Positions 41,430-50,366 of a DNA stretch of 64,000 bases are shown one piece after another (within the stretch, counting starts at the first letter, position 1; the number at the start of each line of letters is the position of its first letter). Below the pieces are notes generated by a model. The model was not told the DNA's origin. It searched no databases and worked only from the letters and a program-made list of their open reading frames with translations. Location of the stretch: positions 6,938 through 70,937 of the forward strand of contig UQBS01000001.1 of NCBI GenBank assembly GCA_900539345.1. Reading direction: 5' to 3'. Both the position numbers and the translations under genes were made by a program. This DNA is from an uncultured Coriobacteriaceae bacterium. Its GTDB lineage: Bacteria; Actinomycetota; Coriobacteriia; Coriobacteriales; UMGS124.

Positions 41430-42905
41430 ATGGACATGCAGGGCAAGGCGAGGACGGCCGTCGTCTATGCGCGCTTCAGCTGCTCGAAGCAGCGCGAGGC
41501 GTCCATCGACGACCAGCTGCGCGAGTGCCGCGCGTGGTGCGAGCGCGAGGGCGTCGAGGTCGTGCGGGAGTACTGCGACTATGCCGTGTCGGGCCGCACC
41601 GACGAGCGGCCGGAGTTCCAGCGCATGATCTCCTCGGCGGGGGAGTCCGACCTCGTCGTCGTGTACATGATGGACCGTTTCTCGCGCAACGAGTTCGACG
41701 CACCGATATACAAGCGCGAGCTGCAGCGCCATGGCGTGCAGCTGGTCTCCGCGCTCGAGCGCATCCCAGAGTCGCCGGAGGGCATCATCTACGAGAAGCT
41801 CCTCGAGGGGCTCGCTGCCTGCGAGAGCCGCAAGACGTCCGTGCGCACGAGGCGAGGGATGGAGGGAAATGCGCTCAAATCCATGCCGAACGGCGGCCAG
41901 CGGCCCTACGGGTACCGCAACGTCGGCGGGAAATACATTGTGGACGAGGCTGAGGCCGCCGTCGTGCGCGAGATCTTCGAGCGTCGCGCCTCCGGCGAGA
42001 CGAACCACCACATCGCCGCCGACCTGGCTGCACGCGGGGTGGTCAATGCCCAGGGCAGGCCGATGAGGGACCAGGTAGTCGGGAAGATCATCAGGTCGCG
42101 CAGGTACGTGGGAGAGTACCGGTGGGGCACGATCGTGACCCCGAACGCCTTCGAGGCCATCGTGGACGAGGCGCTGTGGGAGTCCGCAAACGCCAAGGTA
42201 GCCGCCAGGAGCCGCGACCGCGAGAGGCAGGACTACAGGGAGTACCCGCTCGTCGGCAAGGCCCTGTGCGCCGTATGCGGCCACGGGCTTTCGGGCGAGT
42301 CTGCCCACGGCAGGGGCGGCGTGCGGTACGACTACTACACCTGCAGCGCCGGCGGCGCGCGCAACCACATTCGGAGGACCCGCGCGCAGTGGCTCGAGAG
42401 AGCCGTGGTGCAGGGCATCCGCGCCATGCTGTCCGACCGCGCCACGGCCGAGCACATCGCAGGGATGGTCGTGGAGTCCAAGACCGGCGCCGCCGTTGAG
42501 CGCCGTCGCGCTGGCATCCAGGCCGACATCCGCAAGGCGGACGACGCCATGCGCAATTTGATCCGCGCCATCGAGGAGGGGCTGTACACGCCTGCCATGA
42601 GGGAGAGGATGGACGAGCTGCAGGCCGCCAAGGCGCACGCCGAGGCCGAGCTCGCCATGGTGCAGGAGACCACCGTCACCGTCGAGGAGTTCACGGAGTT
42701 CCTGCTCTCCGGCACCTCGATGAGCCACAGGCAAATCATCGACTGCTTCGTGTGGTCAATTGTATTGGACAATGATGACGCCGTCGTGACTCTCAACTGG
42801 GACACCCGACAGGCACAAAAAAACGAACCAGCTCGTATCGAACTGGTTCGTAAGAATAGCGAATGGCTCCCCGAGCAGGGCTCGAACCTGCAACAACTCG
42901 GTTAA
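41430..42905 (+). CDS. large serine recombinase (prophage integrase)
   Basis: AVVYARFSCSKQ catalytic Ser region, recombinase domain, CAVCG...YYTC zinc ribbon, coiled coil. The last roughly 30 codons run through the tRNA-Asn terminator and into the tRNA gene. Confidence 0.9.
   Translation: MDMQGKARTAVVYARFSCSKQREASIDDQLRECRAWCEREGVEVVREYCDYAVSGRTDERPEFQRMISSAGESDLVVVYMMDRFSRNEFDAPIYKRELQRHGVQLVSALERIPESPEGIIYEKLLEGLAACESRKTSVRTRRGMEGNALKSMPNGGQRPYGYRNVGGKYIVDEAEAAVVREIFERRASGETNHHIAADLAARGVVNAQGRPMRDQVVGKIIRSRRYVGEYRWGTIVTPNAFEAIVDEALWESANAKVAARSRDRERQDYREYPLVGKALCAVCGHGLSGESAHGRGGVRYDYYTCSAGGARNHIRRTRAQWLERAVVQGIRAMLSDRATAEHIAGMVVESKTGAAVERRRAGIQADIRKADDAMRNLIRAIEEGLYTPAMRERMDELQAAKAHAEAELAMVQETTVTVEEFTEFLLSGTSMSHRQIIDCFVWSIVLDNDDAVVTLNWDTRQAQKNEPARIELVRKNSEWLPEQGSNLQQLG
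42817..42850 (-). terminator. intrinsic terminator of tRNA-Asn
   Basis: Minus strand CGAACCAGTTCG ATA CGAGCTGGTTCG followed by TTTTTTT. Confidence 0.75.
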
Positions 42906-42938
42906 CAGCCGAGTGCTCTACCATTGAGCTATCGGGGA
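42864..42938 (-). tRNA. tRNA-Asn (GTT), CCA encoded
   Basis: Hand-folded 75-nt cloverleaf: 7-bp acceptor TCCCCGA/TCGGGGA, anticodon loop CTGTTAA, T loop TTCGAGC. Confidence 0.95.
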
Positions 42939-43155
42939 ATGCGGTTGTCAGCGTCTTGCGTGGTGCTCGCTGCAGGACTTAGATATATTGCACCTCCAGA
43001 GAGTCTTTGGCAACGATGATTTTCAAATATGAGGGACCAACTCATTTTCTACACAATTCCGCTATCTTCGTCTGGTTACGTATCCGCGTACAAATCATCG
43101 CGCGTACCTGCTAATCTAGCGACTCACGTATCCTATCCACCTTCGAGGGAGAACC

Positions 43156-43578
43156 ATGATCAAAGAGATTGTCAAGGACCAGGAATTCCTTGCCCAGGTC
43201 AGCGAGCCTGCAACCATCGAGGACGTTCAGGTTGCCACCGACCTTGTCGACACCATGAACCACCTGTCCGAGAGCTGTGCCTGCCTTGCCGCCAACCAGA
43301 TCGGCTACAACAAGGCCATCATCGCCTTTGCCGATGACAACAACAAGGTCAACGTCATGTACAACCCCAAGCTCATCCAGTTCATGGGGCCCTTCGAGGC
43401 CACTGAGGGCTGCCTGAGCCTCGACGAGGAGAGCACCTCCACTCGTTACCAGCTCATCCGCGTGGCCTATCAGGAGGAGCAGAACGGCAAGATGCTCTCC
43501 CGCGTGAAGAAGTACTCCGGCTTTACCGCTCAGGCCATTCAGCACGCCATCGATCACACCAAGGGCATGCTGGTCTAA
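43156..43578 (+). CDS. peptide deformylase-like protein with non-canonical motifs 1 and 3
   Basis: 140 aa. EGCLS present. Motif 1 reads CACLAANQ instead of GxGxAAxQ. Motif 3 reads QHAIDH instead of HExxH. Confidence 0.75.
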   Translation: MIKEIVKDQEFLAQVSEPATIEDVQVATDLVDTMNHLSESCACLAANQIGYNKAIIAFADDNNKVNVMYNPKLIQFMGPFEATEGCLSLDEESTSTRYQLIRVAYQEEQNGKMLSRVKKYSGFTAQAIQHAIDHTKGMLV

Positions 43579-43704
43579 GTTTCGCCGAGGGGAGTGGTGG
43601 CACGCGGCTTTAGACGCAAGTTGTCGACAACTTGTGAATTATCTGAAGTCATGAAGCATCGCGATGTGATTCGCGCCAAGTTGTGTCATTATATCCCCCG
43701 CGTT

Positions 43705-43792
43705 GTCGGAGTGGCGGAATAGGCAGACGCGCTAGCTTGAGGTGCTAGTGACCTTTACGGTCTTGCGGGTTCAAGTCCCGCCTCCGACACCA
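43705..43792 (+). tRNA. tRNA-Leu (GAG), long variable arm, CCA encoded
   Basis: Hand-folded: acceptor GTCGGAG/CTCCGAC, anticodon stem CTAGC/GCTAG with loop TTGAGGT, variable hairpin, T loop TTCAAGT. Confidence 0.9.
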
Positions 43793-43803
43793 TTTGAAAT
43801 GCC

Positions 43804-43829
43804 AAGGGGCCTTTCGGGGTCCCTTTTTT
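43804..43829 (+). terminator. intrinsic terminator after tRNA-Leu
   Basis: GGGGCC...GGTCCC stem followed by TTTTTT. Confidence 0.7.
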
Positions 43830-43926
43830 GTTATCTGGCATATGGGTTGTTGCCAGCTTTTACATTCCCCAAAGCCCTTCCTGCACGCCTGCGACGTGTT
43901 TGCGCGAAGTGTTCCCGCAAAACCCG

Positions 43927-44095
43927 GGTTCTCCAGCCGCTAAAGAGGAGTGGGGGTAGCTAACGAAGGCGGTGCACCGGGAGCGCTTGAGTGCTCTCCC
44001 AACAAAATGCCTGCTCATAGGCCTGCCAGTATGTAATGCCCAACACGCTCAATGGTTCGTTGCGCATCGGCAGCCAAGAACGCGGCTGGAGAACC
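43927..44095. repeat. 14-bp perfect inverted repeat GGTTCTCCAGCCGC / GCGGCTGGAGAACC separated by 141 bp
   Basis: Arms at 43927-43940 and 44082-44095, read directly. Lies in a gene-poor stretch between two tRNA genes. Confidence 0.85.
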
Positions 44096-44409
44096 ACGCT
44101 TTTGCGGCACTATCTCTCGATTTCAATGCGCTGAAGTGGCGTTCGTGTTGGATCGGGGTGGTGGGGTCCAGTAGACCTCCGTCTCGATGACTCGTGAGCG
44201 TTCAGATTATTTCAGGTGGGGAGGGGAAACGACAGAAGTCGGGCATGTGCCGTGAGCGGCGCCTTCGAACGAGTCATGTGTACGGTCGAGTTGCCCAAAG
44301 GGGCGTGCAAACACGCGACTCTTCATCAAGAAACGTATGCGGGCAAGCTTCTGGAGCTGTACTGTCCATGTCAAATCTGCTGCTTCGACAGAAAACTACC
44401 AGCTAAACG

Positions 44410-44436
44410 AAAAGAGGCCAGCTTGCGCTGGCCTCT
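44410..44436 (-). terminator. intrinsic terminator after tRNA-Gly
   Basis: AGAGGCCAGC GCAA GCTGGCCTCT followed by TTTTCGTTT on the minus strand. Confidence 0.75.
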
Positions 44437-44447
44437 TGAGTAATCAC

Positions 44448-44523
44448 TGGAGCGGACTACGGGACTCGAACCCGCGACCCCAACCTTGGCAAGGTTGTGC
44501 TCTACCAACTGAGCCAAGTCCGC
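44448..44523 (-). tRNA. tRNA-Gly (GCC), CCA encoded
   Basis: Hand-folded 76-nt cloverleaf: acceptor GCGGACT/AGTCCGC, anticodon loop TTGCCAA. Confidence 0.95.
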
Positions 44524-44747
44524 ATGTGCGAGGAATTACTATACGCGTCATGACTCCTCTTGGCTAGTCAAAACAGGCGATTCATAAACAGCACACATAT
44601 GGCCAAGATCCGGGCCAAGGCCGCGAAACATATGACATGCGCAGCACGGTTTTGAAACGTGCATGTGGTAGGCTTTGCGCCATACGCTGGATCGGACGTG
44701 CCTGTCGCACAACATGCAGGGCACACGCTATGAGAAGGGTCGCTCTT

Positions 44748-45833
44748 ATGAAGAGGAATCGTATCCAGGGCATCTCCGCCGCCGTTGCTTCGCTGACACT
44801 TGCAGGCACCTGCTTTGCCGCTCCCGCTTATGCCGCTTCCAACTCGGTGTTTGGCTCTGGTTTCTCTGGTCAGTCTTCGACCGAGACTCCCATTACGTCC
44901 CCCGTTGCCGAGCCCGTCCCGGATACGAGCCAGGCCACCATGCCTGACGATCCCGACGACGTCGATCCGGATTTCCTCGTAGATTCCGACGTGGACTATG
45001 CAGCGCTGGTCATGGAGATGCTTGGTCTCGACGACGCCGCGCTCGATCAGATTCTTTCTGGCGATCTTTCCATTGTGACCAATGCCCTGGGCGATACCAT
45101 TGACGCAGACACTCAGGCTGCCATTGACGAGGCCTCTCAGAGCCTTGCCGAGGCGAACCTCACTACCGCGCAGGTCAAGGATGCCTTCAATGCCGTGGCG
45201 AACGAGGCCGTCAATTCCCTGGCAGACCTGATCGACGCCACCGAAACCTTCCTGACCGAGAACAACCTCATCGTTGAGGATGCCGTGCTCTACAGCGGGG
45301 AGCCCTATCTGGCAGACGACCCCACCGCTCAGCAGCTCACCCTCGGTGGCGTCTCGATGCTCATTCCGAGTGACTTCGCGTTTCAGCAGCTGACTCCCGA
45401 AGAGATCGCCGCGGCGTTTGAGCTCGACAACGCCGAGGATATCGTGAGCGATGCCTATATCGCCACCAACGACACGAGCTCTGCCGGTCTTATCTGCGCC
45501 CAGCTTACGCCCGATGCCCTGGGCGGCGCCGGGTATGACATAGCGCAGACCATGGCCGACGAATCCAAGCTCGTCTACCTCGAGACGGAAAGTTCCGTGT
45601 TCAGTGCGGGGTGCGCGAGCCTCGAAGACGGCACGCCTATCTTCGACCTGGGCTACCTCAAGGCTTCCGAAGAGCGCCCCTGCTTCTACGAGCTCATTAT
45701 GATGCCCTCCGATGACGGTGGTCTTGTCGTTGTGTTTGCGCTGACCGATGAGACGGCCACGCTTGACGACTGCGCGACCTTGTCCGACATCATGACCTCC
45801 CTTGCCGGCACGGGTTACGTGGAGGCACGCTAG
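44748..45833 (+). CDS. secreted acidic protein of unknown function
   Basis: Signal peptide MKRNRIQGISAAVASLTLAGTCFAAPAYA. GAGAAGGG RBS. An alternative start lies at 44730. Confidence 0.6.
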   Translation: MKRNRIQGISAAVASLTLAGTCFAAPAYAASNSVFGSGFSGQSSTETPITSPVAEPVPDTSQATMPDDPDDVDPDFLVDSDVDYAALVMEMLGLDDAALDQILSGDLSIVTNALGDTIDADTQAAIDEASQSLAEANLTTAQVKDAFNAVANEAVNSLADLIDATETFLTENNLIVEDAVLYSGEPYLADDPTAQQLTLGGVSMLIPSDFAFQQLTPEEIAAAFELDNAEDIVSDAYIATNDTSSAGLICAQLTPDALGGAGYDIAQTMADESKLVYLETESSVFSAGCASLEDGTPIFDLGYLKASEERPCFYELIMMPSDDGGLVVVFALTDETATLDDCATLSDIMTSLAGTGYVEAR

Positions 45834-45836
45834 TCT

Positions 45837-46505
45837 ATGACCCAACCTCGTTTTTCGTACGTGCTGTTCGACTGTGACGGCACGCTGCTCAACACCATCG
45901 GCGACCTGGCCTGCGCGGGCAACCTCGTGTGCGAGGCGCACGGCTGGCTCACGCATGACATCGATTCGTTCAAGCGCATGGTGGGCGACGGCCAGCGCGT
46001 GCTCGTGAGGCGTTTCGTTCCCGAGGACGTTGCAGCCGACCCCGATGCGCTTGAGGCTGCCTACCAGGAGTTTGTCGAGCTCTATAGCGCCCACAAGGAA
46101 GACACGACGGGCCCCTACGAGGGCATCGTCGCCTGCGTGGAGCGCCTGAGGGCCGCCGGCGTGCATGTGGGCGTGCTCACGAACAAGAACCACGAGCAGG
46201 CTATCCCGCTTGTCGAGAAGTTCTTCCCGGGCCTTTTCGACGCCGTGCAGGGCAGGCTCGACACACTGCCCGCCAAACCCGCCGCTCCCATGACGCACGC
46301 GCTCATGGATGCGCTGGGGGCCGATCCGGCGTCGACCCTCATGGTGGGAGATACCTCGGTCGACATTGCATGCGGCACTAACGCGGGCATCGCTGCCTGC
46401 GGCGTTACCTGGGGTTTCCGCCCTCGCACCGAGCTTGTTGAGGCGGGTGCCAACTTTATCGTCGACACCCCTGCCGAATTGGCCCGTCTCATCTTGGGCG
46501 AGTAA
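45837..46505 (+). CDS. HAD-family hydrolase (phosphoglycolate phosphatase-like)
   Basis: FDCDGTLLNT motif I, LTNK motif II, GDTSVD motif IV. Confidence 0.8.
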   Translation: MTQPRFSYVLFDCDGTLLNTIGDLACAGNLVCEAHGWLTHDIDSFKRMVGDGQRVLVRRFVPEDVAADPDALEAAYQEFVELYSAHKEDTTGPYEGIVACVERLRAAGVHVGVLTNKNHEQAIPLVEKFFPGLFDAVQGRLDTLPAKPAAPMTHALMDALGADPASTLMVGDTSVDIACGTNAGIAACGVTWGFRPRTELVEAGANFIVDTPAELARLILGE

Positions 46506-46661
46506 GGCCGCGCGGCACATCTGCCGCTTGCATTTCGCTTCTTTTCTGTCGGGGCCCGTTCCGGGATGGTGCGGGTCCCGCTTTGTGTTTAAGTGGGGGT
46601 CTCAAAGGGGTTGCGGCGCATCGGACGTGTCGTGATGCGCGGTACAAGCGGGGTGGTGGAC

Positions 46662-48599
46662 ATGGCTCAGGCACAGTTTGACAGGCATCTCAAGCCGGGT
46701 GACGCCCGCGCGGCCCTTGATCGCATCGCCTCGTCGCAGGCCTTCCAGGCAAGCCGTTTCTCGAGCTCGGTATACGAAGATGAGCCCATCCTGCGTACGG
46801 GAAGCCAGTTTCGCCGCGACGCGGAGTCATCGCGACCCTACCAGCTCATCCATCAGCTCGCACAACGCGAGGACTTGAGGTACGCCCCCGCGGCGAGGGT
46901 GTTCTATGAGCAGGCGCGCGCTCTTGCCGACTTCGACGGCACGGGCGACCCCACGGTGCCCTTCAAGTCATATTTCCCCACCTACCAGGCCATGAACGAC
47001 CGTCAGCTCTCGTCGTATCTGGCATGGCGCACCCAGGCCCGCAAGGGCGTCATCGCCGCCTCCACGGCGAGCTATGCGTTCGTCTATATCTACGAGCTGC
47101 TCATGGGCGTGGGAACGCAGGAGGGCCTGCCTGCGCTTGCAGCACTGACGTCCTTTTGGGTCGCCTGGAAGAAACAAGCCACGACAGATGCCGGTTTGCT
47201 CGACTTCTACCTGCACATCTGGCTGCGCGACTACATCGTGTACCATGGCCTCGACCGATCGCTTCTCGAGCGCGTGAGCGGTCCCGCCTCCCAGCGCGAT
47301 GTCGTTGACGTGTATGCCGCCGTTCCCGTGCTGCGCGAGGCTGAGGCGCTTGTGCTTGCCGGGGGTTCCCTTGCAGGTGACATGGCGCAGAAAACGTTTG
47401 ACGCCATGTGCCTGGCGTCGTCGTTTCGCCTCACGGGCTCAAAGTTCTACAAGGACTATCCGGCTGAGACGCAGGCCGTGACCTGCGGTGTCTTTGCGCG
47501 CTTGGTTCAGCATTGTGCCCATCGCCGCAAGGTGGGCTATGTCGACGGGCTGTTTGGCGCCGAGCAGCGCCGCGCCCATCCCATGTTTTACGGCGCCGTG
47601 TTCTATGCCCCACAGACCCATCCCGATGCCACGTACCGCGTGAGCGATTCTGAGGCGTACATCTGTCGTGACGGCACCTGGCGGCGCAAGGTGCCTTGTG
47701 CCGAGGAGACACGCAGCCGCGACCTGGGGCTTTTGATGCACACGGTGGATCACGAGATGCGTCGCATATGGGAGTACCCCAAGCAGGTGCGCGCCTACGA
47801 GGTGCCCCGCTACCTTGAGGGATTCGTTACCAAGGAGGCCACGGCTGCCCATGAGGCCTGGCTCGCGGCTCAGACTCCCAAGATTCATATCGACCGTTCG
47901 CTTCTGCGCGGTATTCGCACGGCCGCCGTCAAGACGCGCGAGTCGCTCCTGGTAGATGAGGAGCGAGCCGAGGAACCCGCGATGACGGGCGTGGGCGTTG
48001 CACCGAAGGCGCCCGCGACTGTGACTGCACCGGCCACGCCGAGCAAGGAAGACGGTCTGCATGCGGCATCCCAAGCGGGCGGGGCAATTGCGGCTCCTGG
48101 TTCGGGCACGGCCTCCATGGCGGGTGTGGCGGCTGACTCGAGTGCGGCCTTCTCGGCAGGCAAGGTGCCTGCGGCTCTCGCTTCTAGCATGGTTGCCACA
48201 TCGGGTATGGAGGCTGCTTCAGGCGTGGCTCGCATGGCAGGTGAGTCGACTATGGCTTCCACTTCGAATGCGGTTTCTGCGCTGGGCGCGTTGCCTGGGT
48301 TGAATGGACGTCCTGCGGCGGGCGAGGCAGATGCGGATTCTGCCTTGGACGTGGATCGCGCCACCTCCACTGAACCTTGTGGTCTCACTGCCTCTGAGCT
48401 GGCGTTTCTCCAGGCGCTCCTTGCCGGTGATGTGGCGGGCGCGAAGGCGGCAGTGGGTGTCGGCATGGTGAGCCTCATGGTGGACGCGGTGAACGAGAAG
48501 CTCTACGACGAGATCGGCGACGCCGCCATCGAGTTCGACGGCGACACCCCGCAACTTGTGGAAGACTATCGTCCCGATGTGGAGGAGCTTCTCTCGTAA
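46662..48599 (+). CDS. sngA: TerB-N / TerB-C domain protein (Shango SngA-like)
   Basis: FKSYFPTYQAMNDRQLSSYLAWR...SYAFVYIYELLMG fits TerB-N. C-terminal MVDAVNEKLYDEIGDAAIEFDGDTPQLVEDY fits TerB-C. Ala/Ser-rich linker between them. Confidence 0.7.
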   Translation: MAQAQFDRHLKPGDARAALDRIASSQAFQASRFSSSVYEDEPILRTGSQFRRDAESSRPYQLIHQLAQREDLRYAPAARVFYEQARALADFDGTGDPTVPFKSYFPTYQAMNDRQLSSYLAWRTQARKGVIAASTASYAFVYIYELLMGVGTQEGLPALAALTSFWVAWKKQATTDAGLLDFYLHIWLRDYIVYHGLDRSLLERVSGPASQRDVVDVYAAVPVLREAEALVLAGGSLAGDMAQKTFDAMCLASSFRLTGSKFYKDYPAETQAVTCGVFARLVQHCAHRRKVGYVDGLFGAEQRRAHPMFYGAVFYAPQTHPDATYRVSDSEAYICRDGTWRRKVPCAEETRSRDLGLLMHTVDHEMRRIWEYPKQVRAYEVPRYLEGFVTKEATAAHEAWLAAQTPKIHIDRSLLRGIRTAAVKTRESLLVDEERAEEPAMTGVGVAPKAPATVTAPATPSKEDGLHAASQAGGAIAAPGSGTASMAGVAADSSAAFSAGKVPAALASSMVATSGMEAASGVARMAGESTMASTSNAVSALGALPGLNGRPAAGEADADSALDVDRATSTEPCGLTASELAFLQALLAGDVAGAKAAVGVGMVSLMVDAVNEKLYDEIGDAAIEFDGDTPQLVEDYRPDVEELLS

Positions 48600-48725
48600 G
48601 GTTCACTTGCCTTGCGCGCTGTGTTGACTTGGCCCGCGGGGGCTTTTTGTCCGCTGCACTTGGTATCCTATCTGCGATTGCGCTTATCGGTGGGCTCAGG
48701 AGCTCGCCGGCAGAAAGGTTGCCCG

Positions 48726-50357
48726 ATGAACGCCAAAGCAAATGCCTCCAGTGCCGCCGACACCCCCAAGGTGCCCCGTCGCATCGCCTCGGTCATCATC
48801 AACTCCCTTAAGGGCGGTGTCGTGCCGCGCGTGGGCTTGCCGTACATCACCGTGGGTCGCCAGGCCGAGATTGAGGCGCTCCTGCACGACCTCGAGCTCG
48901 TGGGGGAGGGCGGCGCGTCGTTCCGCTTCCTCGTAGGCCGTTACGGTTCGGGCAAGAGCTTCTTGCTGCAGACCATCCGCAACCACGCCATGGGCAAAGG
49001 CTTCGTCGTGGCCGACGCCGACCTGTCGCCCGAGCGCCGCCTGCAGGGCACGAAGGGCCAGGGTCTGGCCACCTACCGCGAGCTTATCAGCAACCTTTCC
49101 ACCAAGACGCGCCCCGAGGGCGGCGCGCTCACGCTCATTCTCGATCGCTGGATTTCCAACGTGCAGATGGAGGTGGCTGGCGAGGGCGGCTTCGACCTGG
49201 CAAACCCTGCCGACCCCGCGTTTGCCGCCGAGGTCGAGAAGCGCATCTACGTGGTCATTCGCCAGCTGCAGGACATGGTGCATGGATACGACTTCGCGCG
49301 CCTGCTCGCCATGTATTTCCGCGCCTACGTGGAGTCCGACGACGAGACGAAGGCCAATGTCGTACGGTGGTTCCGTGGCGAGTACCGCACCCGCGCCGAG
49401 GCCAAGGCCGACCTGGGCGTGAACATCGTGATTGGCGACGACGACTGGTACGATTACATCAAGCTGTTTGCGAGCTTCCTCAAGGGCGCGGGCTACGCGG
49501 GCCTCGTTGTGCTTGTCGACGAGCTCGTGAACCTGTACAAGATTCCCAACGCCGTGGCACGCCAGTACAACTACGAGAAGATTCTCACCATGTACAACGA
49601 CACGCTCCAGGGCCGCGCGAGCTACCTGGGCATCATCATGAGCGGCACGCCTCAATGCGTGGAGGACCGCCGCCGTGGCCTCTACAGCTACGAGGCGCTG
49701 CGCAGCCGTCTGGCTCAGGGACGCTTTGCCAGCGAGGGCCATGTGGACATGCTTGCCCCTGTCATCCAGCTCCAGCCGCTGACCCCAGAGGAGCTGCTCG
49801 TGCTTGTGGAGAAGCTCGCCGACATCCATGCGGGCTTCTTTGGCTACGAGCGCGTCCTGCGCGAGGAGGACCTGGTGGCCTTCCTGCAGGTAGAGCTTGC
49901 GCGTGTGGGCGCCGACAGCCACATCACGCCGCGTGAGATCATCCGTGACTTCGTGGAGCTGCTCGACATCCTCTATCAGAACCCCGCGCTCACCCTTGAG
50001 GGGCTTGTGAATGACCCGGCGTTCTCCCAGCGTCCGGCCACCTTGCCGTGCGAGGAGGACGATTCCCGCGTGACGAGCACCACCGCGCAAGCGGGATTCG
50101 GGCAGGCTTTCGCCTCCCGTCCGACTGCGTCCGGCGCTCAACGCATCGCTTCTTCGAGCTCGACGTCTGCCGTCGCCGCGCAGGCGGCGCCGTCAGCGGG
50201 TCTTGGGCAGGTGGCCCCCGGTCGTTGCGCCCCGCAGTCGGCATCCTCGCTGTATGACGAGGTGATCCAGCCGACCGCCTCCGAGGTGCCTAGCACTCAG
50301 CGTGTGGCGGCCGAGCCGGTTGCGGCGCCGCGCACGTTCGCAGAGTTCACCATCTAG
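48726..50357 (+). CDS. sngB: P-loop ATPase, BrxD/DUF2791-like (Shango SngB-like)
   Basis: Walker A GRYGSGKSF, Walker B LVVLVDELVNL. Low-complexity C-terminal tail. Confidence 0.7.
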   Translation: MNAKANASSAADTPKVPRRIASVIINSLKGGVVPRVGLPYITVGRQAEIEALLHDLELVGEGGASFRFLVGRYGSGKSFLLQTIRNHAMGKGFVVADADLSPERRLQGTKGQGLATYRELISNLSTKTRPEGGALTLILDRWISNVQMEVAGEGGFDLANPADPAFAAEVEKRIYVVIRQLQDMVHGYDFARLLAMYFRAYVESDDETKANVVRWFRGEYRTRAEAKADLGVNIVIGDDDWYDYIKLFASFLKGAGYAGLVVLVDELVNLYKIPNAVARQYNYEKILTMYNDTLQGRASYLGIIMSGTPQCVEDRRRGLYSYEALRSRLAQGRFASEGHVDMLAPVIQLQPLTPEELLVLVEKLADIHAGFFGYERVLREEDLVAFLQVELARVGADSHITPREIIRDFVELLDILYQNPALTLEGLVNDPAFSQRPATLPCEEDDSRVTSTTAQAGFGQAFASRPTASGAQRIASSSSTSAVAAQAAPSAGLGQVAPGRCAPQSASSLYDEVIQPTASEVPSTQRVAAEPVAAPRTFAEFTI

Positions 50358-50366
50358 GCGGCCCCC

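Larger units (their letters stand above)
7778..42816. mobile_element. integrated siphovirus-type prophage (about 35 kb) adjacent to tRNA-Asn; boundaries approximate
   Basis: Contiguous integrase, regulators, replication, packaging, head, tail and lysis modules. Right limit set by the tRNA-Asn terminator. Left limit set by the end of host gene 5888-7777 and the drop in GC. Confidence 0.8.

Noticed and set aside
41430-42905. A tyrosine-integrase-style insertion into the tRNA-Asn gene itself.
   Set aside because: The recombinase is clearly of the serine (resolvase-domain) class. The tRNA and its own terminator are intact, so the insertion is beside the tRNA rather than within it.
43742-44567. 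Short + strand ORFs between tRNA-Leu and tRNA-Gly (43742-43963, 43972-44190, 44194-44406, 44216-44443, 44337-44567).
   Set aside because: They overlap tRNA genes or terminators, lack RBS motifs, and have implausible compositions. The region is treated as non-coding.
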